64,000 nucleotides of DNA from Heteronotia binoei (lineage: Eukaryota): NCBI RefSeq assembly GCF_032191835.1, contig NC_083237.1:17174001-17238000 (forward strand), written 5' to 3'. This document shows, piece by piece, positions 48,416-60,256 of the stretch. A program made the position numbers and the translations under genes. The notes under the pieces were generated by a model. It was not told where the DNA came from, did no database searches, and saw only the letters and a program-made list of their open reading frames with translations. Positions within the stretch are counted from its first letter, which is position 1, and every line of letters starts with the position of its first letter.

Positions 48416-50299
48416 CTTATAAGGGTGATTTTTTGGGGGCAGGGGTTATACACCACAGGGAACTCTAGCAGGAGGGTATGAAAGTTTGGGGAGACACTGC
48501 CTGACAATGAGCATATGCAAAATAAAATTCTAAAGTTTTTCAAAATCCTGTCTCTCCTATCTTCTAATTTCTCTTTTGCGCAAAGCAGAACTGATGCAAT
48601 AACAGGGATTTGGAGATTCACAGATTTAATATAATAAATAAATAGTGAATGAATGAACGAACAAACGAACGAACGAACGAACAGAGAAATAACGTATTTA
48701 CCTCAACTTTGTGCAGTCCTGTTTTACTCAGTTACTGGACATCACTATTACCATGAGTGATGAATTCCAATTGTTACATTTGAATACATACTAAAAGAAT
48801 TATCTTGAGATATTTAATTTATTTCCACTCTTAAATTGTCAAATTGATAAGTGACTCAATCCTTCAGTAAAGGCCAGTGTGCACACATGCTCGCATGGAC
48901 ACAGACACATATACAGCTTGATACAGCTTGAATCAGCTAACGCATGGTGTTCCACTGAGATCTTCCCATCCATAAACCTTCTTCTCTGATTTAACTTAAT
49001 AACTACCCTGTCCACTTGGCAGTGATGATAAACCTTCTCCAGTCTTCCATCAATACTTAAGCTGAACTGTTGAGGATCCATTTGGGCTCTTCTGTCACAC
49101 TCAGTAACATTTCCCGCCCTTGCCTCCATAATATTCAGTAACGACATCAATCCTGATGAAGAGCCCAGGAAAGACTAAAAAAAATGGATGATATGGGGGC
49201 CATTAGATGATAATTTGGTTGGTCCTTATAAAAAGATATTGCACTATTATTGTGTATCGTTACTAAGGATTGACCTACAATCAATATATCTAGTTTTCAA
49301 CATGGTCAGACCTGTGGATACCATATATATATAAAGAAAACTGGGTAGTTTATACCTGCTAAAATAATAGTAACTGTGTCTATAGCTTTAAGAGATGAGC
49401 GCCCTCAGTGGCCTTTGCCAGGCAACCACATAAACTTCAAGCCTTGGTTTCTGTAATTAAAAGACAGAGGGAGGGGCAGGGCCTGTTTTGACCTTTGAAA
49501 AAAGCCTAGGCAGTGCAGTAGTTAGAGTTTCAGACTAGGATCTGAGAGACTCCAGTCCAAATAACCACTCTGCTTTGAAAGTTCACTGCGTAACTTTGGA
49601 CTAATTACACATTCTCAGCCTAACTTAACCCCACAGAGTTGTTGTAAGGATCAGCTGGAAGAGAGGAGAGGGATGCAAGCTGCTTTGGGTTCCAGTCATG
49701 TAGAAAGACAGAGGGTATAAATGAAATAACTGAAGATGTGGGCAGATAAAAGATAGGCTTGTTGGACGTTTGAAGGGAGAGGAGGAATCAGGGAAAAGAG
49801 AGGCTGTTGGGGGTTGCCAGAAAATGGGAAAGAGGAAATACTGCAGGGAATGAAAGAGAGGCCATTGGGCGGGGGGCGGGGGGAGATGTCATATCCGGTA
49901 AAATTCTAAGCAGAGTCCCACCCTTTTGAGCCCATTAATTTCAGTGGCGCTAGAAGATTATAATTCTGCATAGGATTGCACTGATATTAAATATCCAGCC
50001 TCTAAAAGAAGATGATCCTCTAATAGGTCTTGGTTTTTGAGGGTTCCAGCTACTATTAAATTTGGCTTTCATTTACTGGTTATTTCGTTTATAATCCAAC
50101 ATTAACTAGAATATTTGTGAATATTAGGACTACTATATTTTTTCTCTCCTTACAGGACCTGTATGTTCCAGAAAGTGCTAGGGAGGGATTTAAAGAAACT
50201 CTTGTGCTTTATAATTTCAAAGGGATAGACTCATTTATTTATACCAATAATCATCATGTTATCTGATTAACAGAGCAATCCAGGGGAGGGCGAAAAGTC

Positions 50300-51870
50300 T
50301 TTTGGAAGCAGACAAGCCGATACGTGGGCGCAGGAAGGGTTTTGCACTTCCACAGTGCTGCCACAGCGGAGGGGAGGTACATAGGTGGGGGGCTGCCTGA
50401 GCACCCCTCCACCCGAGGGCAGCAGCGCCTGAGGGCTGTGCCCGAGCGTGTGCAGAAGACAGGTGGAGCACAGCGTTCAGGCAGAGGAGGGGGTGGAGTT
50501 GGGGGCATGGCCAGGCTTTGGCAGCTTCCTGAGCAGTTTGACCCATGACACAACCCCCCCAAGAGGCGCAATTTTATGCCTGCAAAAACGGCAGCATGCC
50601 CCATAGGCACTCGTTGAAACCAAAAACAAAGGTCGTCTCCGCCGCTACGGAAGCTCAGAAACCCCTTAGGGAGTGGCGTGATTGCCTCACCAATCCCCTC
50701 GCGTCTTGGACTGACGAGCCCCCTCCCCAGCACCCAATCACAGTCTCTTCCCTCCTACAAATACTTCTGCTCTGGCCTCACACAACTCAGTTGTTAGGGA
50801 GAGGAGCGTGTGGCGGGAACCTCTGCTGGTGAGCTCCCGACCATACAGACTTAGAGTGAGGGACAGGCAGGCACGTTGGTTTTGCACCTCGCGATTGCGT
50901 TGACAGTATATTTGACTTGTGAGGGGGAAAGAGAAGTCTCTCCCCTGGGGCTAATTGCTCTTGTTTCCAATTCTCCACAAGTTCCAGGCTCCCAGAGGCT
51001 CTGCATGCGAGGACTGTCACCCATGGCTAGGTAAGTTCCTCTGCCCCCCCCCAGCCTCCCCCTCCCCTCGCTCTCGATCGCTCGGTCTGCAAGCATCTCT
51101 GGCATGTGAACCAGGCAGTGAGCTCCAGCAGGGGGCATCTGCTGACCTCGCTCCCCTATGCTGCCGCCTGCTCCCTTCCCTTGGTCTGCCCTCTGCCGTG
51201 TTCCCAACCCCTGGCAAGGCATGGGGCGTGTGTGTATGGCAGCTGCCCCATTGCGGGGATGTGGGTCAGAGACTGTCCTTTTAAGAGAGTGCCCGGCTGA
51301 AACGCAGCCTGCTCTTCCAGCCGCCGCCCCTGCAGGTGCTCTTGATCTCTGTCTCCGTGTTGCAGGTGGGACTGCAACACAGAGGTTTCCGCATGTGCCG
51401 CAACACTGCCCCCCCAGCTGTTTCTGTCCACCGCTTGAAGCAGAGCCCCGCCCACAGCAAGACTGCCCAGCACACTCCAGGGAAACGGCTACACTCTGTT
51501 CCAGAAAATAAAGTCTGAGCTGTGCCCTCTGTTGTCTCTCCAAGGGAGTGCCTGGGACGGTGGGAAGACTTGGTTCTTGGGAGCGGGTAATGGGCTATGA
51601 GCCGCCACGCTGCCCCCTGCATGGCTGGACAGGGGAGGGGGGGTGCCACCATTCAGCCTGCTCGGGTTGACAGCCTACCCAACCACACAGGGCTGTTGGG
51701 TACTTGGAGAGGGGGTTGCTGAAGTGGATGCATGCCCAGCGGCTCGCATTCCGAGTTCTGCGGCCCCCTGGGGAGGTGTTCCTTGCACATAGCGGGGGAT
51801 GGCAGCAGGGCAACATTGTGGAAATGTGATGTTTCAGGATAAGTGGGAAGAGCTCAAAGTTCACAGAGTG
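50300..51870 (+). promoter_or_regulatory. GC/CpG-rich island with a core-promoter-like motif array and CTCF-like motifs
   Basis: CCAAT at 50690 and 50734, TACAAATA at 50756, Inr-like TCAGTT near 50789, donor AG|GTAAGT at 51031, CCAGCAGGGGGCA at 51125. Confidence 0.4.
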
Positions 51871-52048
51871 CATCTTTCTCCATACCGTCTTTTGTAGTTA
51901 ACATCAAGCCTGTTGAGGACTTCTTTGATACTTGAAAGCTTATGCTGTCCATTTACTGAAATTTTGCTTGCCCTTGTCAAGAGAACTCTTGCCATTAACA
52001 GAGAGGGCTTTCACTTTCCACTGTCTCTGATTTGCACCATCACTATCT

Positions 52049-52628
52049 CATAAGAACATAAGAGAAGCCATGTTGGATCAGGCCAATGGACCATTCAGTC
52101 CAAAATTCTGTGACGCACAGTACCCAAAAAACAAAGTGCCATCAGGAGGTTCACCATAGGGCCAGGATGCTAGAAGCCCTCCCACTGTGCCCCCCCCCCC
52201 CACAAGCACCAAGAATAGAGAGCCTCACTTGCCCCAGACAGAGAGTTCCAACAATAAGCTGTGACTAATAGCCACTGATGGACCTCTGCTCCATATGCTT
52301 ATCCAATTCCCTGTTGAAGCTGGCTATGCTTGTAGCTGCCATCACCTCCTGTGGCAGTGAATTCCATGTGTTAATCACCCTTTGGGTGAAGAAGTGCTTC
52401 CTTTTATCAGTTCTAACCCGACTGCTCAGCAATTTCATTGAATGTCTGCAAGTTCTCATATTGTAAGAAATGGAGAAAAGTACTTCTTTCTCTACTTTCT
52501 CTATCCCATGCATTATCTTTTAAACCTCTATCATGTCAACCCTCAGTCGACATTTCTCCAAGCTAAAGAGCCCCAAGCATTTTAACCTTTCTTTGTAGGG
52601 AAAGTGTTCCAACCCTTTAATCATTTTC
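52049..52628 (-). mobile_element. CR1 3' fragment
   Basis: Reverse complement of the CR1 ORF2 end and 3' UTR seen at 6100-6472 and 25201-25673. Confidence 0.85.
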
Positions 52629-52630
52629 TG

Positions 52631-52905
52631 TGTAACGAGTGAAACATTTTTTTCTGCCTGGTCTCAGGAATGGCCAAGGCCGTTCTGCCTGATAAAGCTC
52701 ATAATTGCAAGGGGCCTGGAAAGAATTCTGGGGGGGAGGGACTGCTTGCTTCATGCCTTTCCTTTGAATGTGTAACGGTCTAAGCCTGATCTATAAGAAG
52801 GGTCAGTCTTCGCAAGAGCCATCTTGTCCTGACCTGTCATGTATCAATAAATAGCTATTCTTGCAATGGACTGTCTCTGATCATTGAACTGCAGGGGACT
52901 TCACA
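52631..52905 (+). mobile_element. Probable solo LTR
   Basis: TGTAAC...TCACA ends with TATAAG and AATAAA in the expected order; no clear TSD. Confidence 0.55.
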
Positions 52906-53489
52906 GCCCTTAATAAAATGGAATTGTTACAAATGGGGGAGGGGGTCTTTCCCTGTGGACTAATGAGACTTCCCAAAAGCCTGCTTCATCGGAGGGGGGT
53001 GGGATATAAATCAAATAAATAAATAAAATAAATTTCACCTCCAGAAAACTGTGATCCAACAAGGAGGCAACCGCAGTAGTTATAAAAAGTAGTTCTAATT
53101 CCATTTCTATTGATGTGGCAGGAATTTCACAGTAATATGTAGCATATACCCATCAAATATCTTATTTCATATCCATCAAATTCAGTGAGCTCTGTTCTGA
53201 TGTTCTTTCCACTGGAAGGTCACTGGAAAAGTATTCTCCTTTAACCTAACAAGCCTCATTGCATTATTGTGGGGATAAATAGAGGGGAGAACCTTGTATG
53301 CCACCCTAATCTATCAGCCTCTTGGAAGTCAGAAATAATGAGCAGGATGTTGGTGGTGGCGATAAAATGATCTCACTGTGGCCTCTTAATGTTGTTTAGG
53401 AAGATACTAATCTCCAGAGCCACTGAGTCAACATCTAGGTAGAGCAGAAAGTTAATCTTTATTGCAAACACCCAGCTCTCAAGAACTTG

Positions 53490-53756
53490 AGAAGAAGAAG
53501 AAGACTGCAGATTGAAACCCTGCCCTTCTCTCTGAATCAGAGACTCAGAGTGTATCTTCTCCCCCCACCCACAACAGACACCCTGTGAGGTGGGTGGGGC
53601 TGAGAGAGCTCTCCCAGAAGCTGCCCTTTCAAGGACAACTCCTGCTAGAGCTATGGCTGACCCAAGGTCATTTCCAGCAGCTGTAAGTGGAGGAGTGGGG
53701 AATCAAGCCCGGTTCTCCCAGATAAGAGTCCACGCACTTAACCACTACACCAAACT
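53490..53756 (-). mobile_element. Squam3-type SINE
   Basis: Homologous to 7149-7421; about 50 bp downstream of the OR-6 stop. Confidence 0.85.
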
Positions 53757-53807
53757 TGCTGATCACAGGCAAATGGAGATTCCCTTGAACCAGTGTCACA
53801 CTTAATG

Positions 53808-54744
53808 TTACTGCTCAAAGCCCAGCTTTCGCACCACCTTGGCCATTGCCACATGGACATCCTTGTTCCGCAGAGTGTAAATGATGGGGTTCAAGAGAGG
53901 GGTGACCACAACATAAAACATGGCAATTTTCTTTTCATTATCAGGAGATGTTTCAGACCGGGGTATGATATAGATAAAGGTGGTGGTGCCATAGTACAAA
54001 ATGACTACCACTAAGTGGGAGCTGCATGTCGAGAAGGCCTTGCGCAATCTAGCTGACCTCATTTTGTACACGGAGAAAAGAATGTGCCCATAAGAAGTTA
54101 AGATAACTGAAAGCGGTCCAAAGATGACTACTGCTGCAAGCAAAAAAATGATGATTTCTGTGATGTGGGTGTCATCACACGTGAGTTTCAACACCATCGG
54201 CAGTTCACAGATAAAGTGGTTGATGAGGCCAGAGCCACAGAAGGGGTGGCTAAAAGTGAGGAACACACATATTACAGAACCCAGAAAACCACACACCCAA
54301 CAAGCTGAGGCAAGTTGTAACTGGCGCCATCTTCCCATGACAGTGGCATAAATCAGCGGCTGGCAGATAGCTAAGTAACGATCGTAGGCCATGACGCCCA
54401 ACAGAAGTGCTTCAGCAGAACCCAGAGATAAAGCTCCATACATTTGTAACGCACAGCGGATTAAGGACAAGCCTGCATGTCCTGTTAGAAGGTGAGCCAA
54501 CATCTGGGGTATGGTGCTGGTGACATAACAGATCTCCATGCCTGAAAGGTTTGCAAGAAAGAAATACATGGGTGTGTGGAGATGGGAATCTGCCAGTACC
54601 AGCATGATGACCCCTAGGTTCCCCAGAAGGGTAAATGTGTAGATGAGGAGAATGACAGCAAAGAGTATATTCCGTATCTTAGGGTCACTTGAAAGCCCCA
54701 CCAAAATGAACTCTGTACTGGAAGTAAAGTTTTCTGCACCCCAT
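53808..54744 (-). pseudogene. Olfactory receptor (OR-6) with a +1 frameshift right after the conserved start codon; otherwise intact
   Basis: The acceptor lies 13 nt upstream of ATG 54744 as in the paralogs, but 53808-54744 is 937 nt (not a multiple of 3). ATG GGG T GCA GAA AAC vs paralog ATG GGG GCG AAA AAC. All downstream OR motifs are intact. Confidence 0.75.
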
Positions 54745-55008
54745 CCAAGGCTTTTCCCTGCAGAGAAAGAGGGATATTGAGAGACTGAGAGATACACTAA
54801 GAATAGAAGCAAGCCAGACTTCTCTTTCTCAGTACAGAAGTACATATAAAATACCCCATTTAACTCAGAATCTTGGGGGGATTCTACATTCATGTTTAAA
54901 CCAGATTTTCTGTGAACTGAAGCTGGTTTATATAAATCCGGATTATTTTCGTACCATTTACACTGCTGGCCGTGATCTGAACACGAGGGTTGTATTGATG
55001 CACTTTAT

Positions 55009-55023
55009 CCACAAGGTGGCGCC
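55009..55023 (+). promoter_or_regulatory. CTCF-like motif CCACAAGGTGGCGCC
   Basis: Near-consensus match to CCASYAGRKGGCRS. Confidence 0.45.
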
Positions 55024-56849
55024 ATCGCTCTCATTTTAACATCTGTGTTGCCCTGCTGCTGTGAATTTCAATATCAATTTCAATCAACAAAGCTTTACTC
55101 GTAATGCAGCAGATCCAAACCGGCTGTTCTTACGTTGTAGAACAAAATTAGTAGGTCTTAAAGGTGCATCACTGCATGATGAACCAAGTTTCCTATGTCA
55201 CCTTCACATCGTCGTGCGTAAGGAAGTAGCCTTTGGCCCAGTCCTATTAGCTTAGCCGTTCAAACCTTAAATTAGGAGGTGCACCCAGGTTAACACTTGG
55301 GCCTTAAATAAAACATTTATCTAGCCTGCCGAGATCGACGGTGTACTTTTGTGAGCAAGAGGGGGGATGATTAGCATTTCTTCCTGATGGAGGAGGAGCA
55401 CGAGTGCTGAGCACTTGCAATACTTCAGCCAGCTCTGTTTGGGCTAGTCTTCAGGCACTCCGTGCAAGATCAGAGGCTATACCACTGTAAAATTCATACA
55501 TGTTATAAGTGGGAGAAAAAGATGGGCTTGGGAGTTTCAAACATTTACATTCAGCCAATTTGAAATATGAAGTGGTCACTTCCTTACCTTTTGCCTTGGC
55601 TGAATGCTTTGAATTCACAAAACCTTTTTCAGCCTCTTTTTCTCAGGTCCTTGATTCTGCCATTTTAAAGGGTTAAAATAAAGATGTTACATCAAACTCC
55701 CTTCGCCCTGCAGAGAAAGCTGAAGGCCGGAAACCTTGCTGGGATTCCAGGGGATCTCCAGCTCTCGGCTGGAGAACTGCCCTTGTCTAATGTTACTTCT
55801 CTTTTTCTTTATTTACTTGAGGGAAAAGATGCCTCTGTTACCTGTAAACCTTACAAAACAAGGTTTCTCTATTCTAGGAGACATTCAAGTTTCAAAGTTA
55901 GATTTCCCTTGGGGGGAGGGGAGGCTCACAGACAAAGGAACCCTGCCTGCCCATGTGGGAATGCCGTTCTCTGAAGTTCCCCAGAATTATGGCTTTCAAG
56001 TTCCCCAAATGGGATGAGCTAAGGACAGAACATTTCTGGGGGAAAGGACTGGGGCTTCCTCATGTGGGAGTGTGAGCTAGTACTTGCTAAAAGGAATGTC
56101 CTGTGCCATGAGTGTGGAACTCTGCACAGGCTCAGAGACCATTCTTCCTTCATGATTCTTGGGTAGCAGAACTGAGAAATGGACTGCCTTCTCAATTTCA
56201 TTGGGAATAGAAGTCTGGGGTTTACCCTTTCTTCAGTAATAGATTCCAACTGTTCCTGGAGTTCTTGATTCTTCTTAGCAAGCTGTTGGATTTCTAAATC
56301 TTTTCCACGGGTAGGACTTGTAAGGCAGGGTCCCTGCTTCTGCTATTCTTATATTGTGCCCGAGAGAGCTGTGTCTCTAAAATAGCCACTTTCTGTTCCG
56401 ACTTGGGCATGCTTCAAAGCATTCTTCCAATCTGCATTGTTTCAATTTCTCAAGTTTCAGAACTTCTTTATTTTCCTGTGCAAAAAAATGCCATGTCCTA
56501 CACTTTATTTCACCTCAAAGTTCTTACTTTACTTGCAGGGCTGTTCTTCCAAATTGTTCTTCCTAATTGTGAGCAATTGTGAGCAAAAACCCCCTCTGCT
56601 TTCCTGCATACGGACATCGTGGTTCCCCGTTTGGTTGCCAGACCGCCTGGAGATTCGACTCGCACACATCTTCCACAAAGTGTGGGTTTGCCTACCAAAA
56701 TGCAGGAAGCTTATTTGGGCAATAAACCATGACCTTGAAGCGGCACTCAGTTTCTTGGGGAAAGTGCTAGCTTGGGGGAAGAACGGGTTTCCACCAGCTC
56801 TGTACTACCTCCATCTCATATGATTTTTATGGTGAAATGAAATCAAACC

Positions 56850-57495
56850 AACATCATGGTGCAGATCCTCTTAGACAATAGGCAGCAGCAGAAAAATCAT
56901 GCCTCCACCAATTTGTGGCGCAACAGCACTGAAAAAAACATGTTTCCAAACCACAGATCCTCATGGATCCTCATGATCTTTGCTTTGGGCCAACCCAACA
57001 TCACCAGCCAGTCACATATCATGACCATGGGCAGAATTTGCACCACAGAAATCTTGGATCCACGGCTTCGTGGCAGCGCCAGGGACCAAAAACTCGGTTT
57101 TGGACCACGGATCCTCATGGATCCACACAATTTTTGCTTTGGATCCCCCAAGCCCTCCATCCAGTCACATATCATATCCATGGGCAGACTTTGTACCACA
57201 GAAATCATGGATCCACGGCTTCATGGCAGCGCCAGGGACCAAAGTATTGGTTTTAGACCACGGATCCTCATGGATCAACATGATTTTTGCAATGGATCCC
57301 CCCAAGCCCTCCATCCAGTCACATGTCATGTCCATGGGCATTGGATCCCCTCAGCGTCACCATCTTTTCTTATATCAAGTCCATGTGCAGAGTTTGCACC
57401 ACAGAAATCATGGCTCCACGGCTTCATGGCAGCACCAGGGACCAAAACCTTGGTTTTGGACCATGGATCCTCATGGATCCACATGACTTTTGCTT
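56850..57495. repeat. About 153-bp tandem repeat (about 4 units), rich in GGATCC/CCATGG
   Basis: The GATCCTCATGG anchor recurs at 56956, 57110, 57263 and 57466. Confidence 0.9.
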
Positions 57496-58185
57496 TGTGA
57501 CTTCAGCAGTTTGTCCAGTGTTAGTTGTCTGTTTGATGAGTGTCATCTTTCAGTCATTGCAGCACATCATCATGTCTTAGTTGTGTTGCATACCCCTTCT
57601 GAGATAACTGCTATATCATAATTGTATTATTTTAAATGCATAATTAATGTTTATTGGGATTTTGTGAGCCGCCCTGAGCTTGCTTCGGAGGGGAGGGCAG
57701 GATATAAATCTAATAAATCAAATCAAAAGTATTTATTATTAGCAGGGCTTTTTTGGGGCAGGAGCACACAGGACTGGTTGGTATGCTGGGGAAGGCACAG
57801 GGAGGACTATTAAACGCCTCCCTGATGGCTTCAGCACTGGGAAGGCACGGGGGAGCTCCTGTTGGTTTTTTCCCTACAAAAAAGTCCCAATTATTACCTT
57901 TGTAAAAACCCAACACCATGGCCTCTTCCATCTGTAATACTTAACAATGATTATTGCAAGTCCTAACCATGGTAGCAGTCCCTCAAGGTAGTGTCAGTAT
58001 GGCTTATACCTGCCCTCCAACACCTGTTTGCCACTCTGCTAGCAGAGAAGCTAGAGAGTTCTCTTCCCAAAACTGTGACTTCAGCAGTTTGTCCAGTGTT
58101 AGTTGTCTGTTTGATCAGTGTCATCTTTCAGTCATTGCAGCACATCATCATGTCTTAGTTGTGTTGCATACCCCATCTGAGATAA
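57496..58185 (+). repeat. 112-bp direct duplication (57496-57607 and 58074-58185; 2 mismatches)
   Basis: Direct comparison. Confidence 0.9.
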
Positions 58186-60256
58186 ATGCTCGTACTGGCA
58201 CTGCTCCCATCTTACGATGGAAGGTGTGTTATATCTGTCTATCAAATCCTAAACTTGGCCATAGTGAATGAATCAAAAAACCTACTTGGCAGATTTATCT
58301 AGCTCAGCACCATCTACTGTGAGCAGAGGTATCGCTGCAGGTTCTTTGGCAGAGAAAGATCTTTCCCAGCATCTAATACACTGAGATTCTTTGACCTGGA
58401 GATCTTTGGAACAGAAACTGGGATCTCATGCAGGTGGTCTTCCACCGGGCCATTCTAAAGATTTTCACTGTTCACTTTACACACACAACTAGCAACAGAG
58501 GGCTACTGATAGAGCCTTCAACAAAGAAAAACCTGCCCATGGCAGAATGTCACTACCTATCACTTTGCTCCAACTGCCTTGTTCCTCCAGTAATAAGAAC
58601 AAATTATCTAGAGTTCCCTAGATCTAAAATGGCATGGAAATCTCTGAAGATCCTCCAGAATGAATTAAAGTTTGGGGNNNNNNNNNNNNNNNNNNNNNNN
58701 NNNNNNNNNNNNNNNNNNNNNNNNNNNNNNNNNNNNNNNNNNNNNNNNNNNNNNNNNNNNNNNNNNNNNNNNNNNNNNNNNNNNNNNNNNNNNNNNNNNN
58801 NNNNNNNNNNNNNNNNNNNNNNNNNNNNNNNNNNNNNNNNNNNNNNNNNNNNNNNNNNNNNNNNNGTTGATTAACTTGCAACTGACGCAAAACAGAATCT
58901 CAATTAGAAGGACAAAACCTATTCCTGATGCCCAGGTTTCTCAAGGATGTCCTATAACACTGGGAGAGAAGTTGCTTTATTTTGGATCACAAAAATGGTC
59001 CCGCTAGGCAACCACACACTACTTTGACTAACTGTACCTTTCGAGAGCCTCAAGTAGATGTCCATCCGTGCCTTGGAAATGCTAAGTACCTTTGAGATGA
59101 AAGTAAAGTATATACTCTGGATTTCAATTTCAGGTAAGTTGCCTTGAAAATTCCTCCTCTAACTAATCCTGAAAGCCCTCTTAGATAAAGGTCAACAAAC
59201 ACTGACTTGTTCAGCTTCCCAAGTATTTGTAGCCTGGGAAGATGGGCACCATCATGCATGATTCTGCAATCATCTTGAAGGTTTTAGAACAAGAAGATAA
59301 TAAAGACTATGGACTTTCTCCACAAGGACTGCTTCAGTCCCTTTGGGGCTTTTCTCTTGGATCATTAATACTTTGCTTGTTACCTTGGCCTCTTGGGTGG
59401 GAACATGTAACAAAAAAATCAAAGTCTTTAAACAAAACATTTTTAAAATAAATAAATACATACATGGCCCAAATCAGGCATCAGTTTTTCTGTTTATTTC
59501 ACAGGGGACTACCTTTACCTTTACCTTCACCCCAGTGGGGACTCAGTGCATTTTCTCCTCTTCTCCATTTTATCCTCACAACAACCCTGGCAGGTAGGTT
59601 AGGCTGAGAGTGTGTGACTGGCCCAAAGCCACCCCAGCAAGTTTCCATATTTGTATAGGGATTGAAACCTGAGCATCCCAGATTCTAGTGTGACACTCTA
59701 ACTATAATGCCGTACTGCCAGTACTCCATAGCAAAATTTTCCAGAAGGAAGTTCTGTTCAATGACCACAGTATCTAGCACTAGAAGTTCAGGCTAGCAAA
59801 GAAGAAGAAGAAGAAGATGATGAAAGTGCAGCTGTTTGTTTCTTGAGTCTTTGATTCCAGGAAATTCCAGAGCAAGCCTTTGAATTCAATAAAATTGATT
59901 TAGGCCTTTCCCGATCCAGATTTAGCAACCCTAGTAGGAAAAACAATGATGATGTCATCCTCACTCCACGGGTATGATGTCCCTTTCAATGTAAACCCCC
60001 AAATGTCATCACAATAGTTTTACCACAGAGTTTCAGTAAAATCCTAAAGTGTCACCGTGATATGGAAGTCACTGTTGGGTTTTTGCTGACATGGCATGGC
60101 ATACCATCAGAATGATGGTGATTTACGCTTCTGTCGTTCAGAGCAGCAATGGGAGCCAGGGTGAGGTCCTTCCCCTCCCCAAACCCTGCCCTCCCCAGAA
60201 TCCACCCCAAATCTCTAAGAGTTTCCCAATCCAGCCCTGCAAAAGAGACTTTACAG

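Larger units (their letters stand above)
25459..58865. other. Four assembly gaps (N): 25459-25590, 31180-31317, 45715-45851, 58678-58865
   Basis: N runs. At least two align with microsatellites in paralogous copies (6355-6390; 46622-46653). Confidence 0.95.

Noticed and set aside
49389-49402. CTCF-like CCACTGAGGGCGC (minus strand)
   Set aside because: It needs a 1-bp gap or 3 mismatches to fit the core.
50254-51873. Many overlapping ORFs (up to 230 aa) in the GC-rich island
   Set aside because: Expected from high GC and stop-codon scarcity. No motif was recognised; a CR1 ORF1 zinc-finger resemblance did not hold at the nucleotide level.
56676-56700. TGGTAGGCAAACCC (minus) as a possible retroviral PBS
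   Set aside because: It does not match any tRNA 3' end I can recall, and no adjacent LTR was found.
56850-57500. CRISPR-like or protein-coding interpretation of the tandem array
   Set aside because: Eukaryotic context with no unique spacers; the frame is broken between units, and the open frames occur on both strands.
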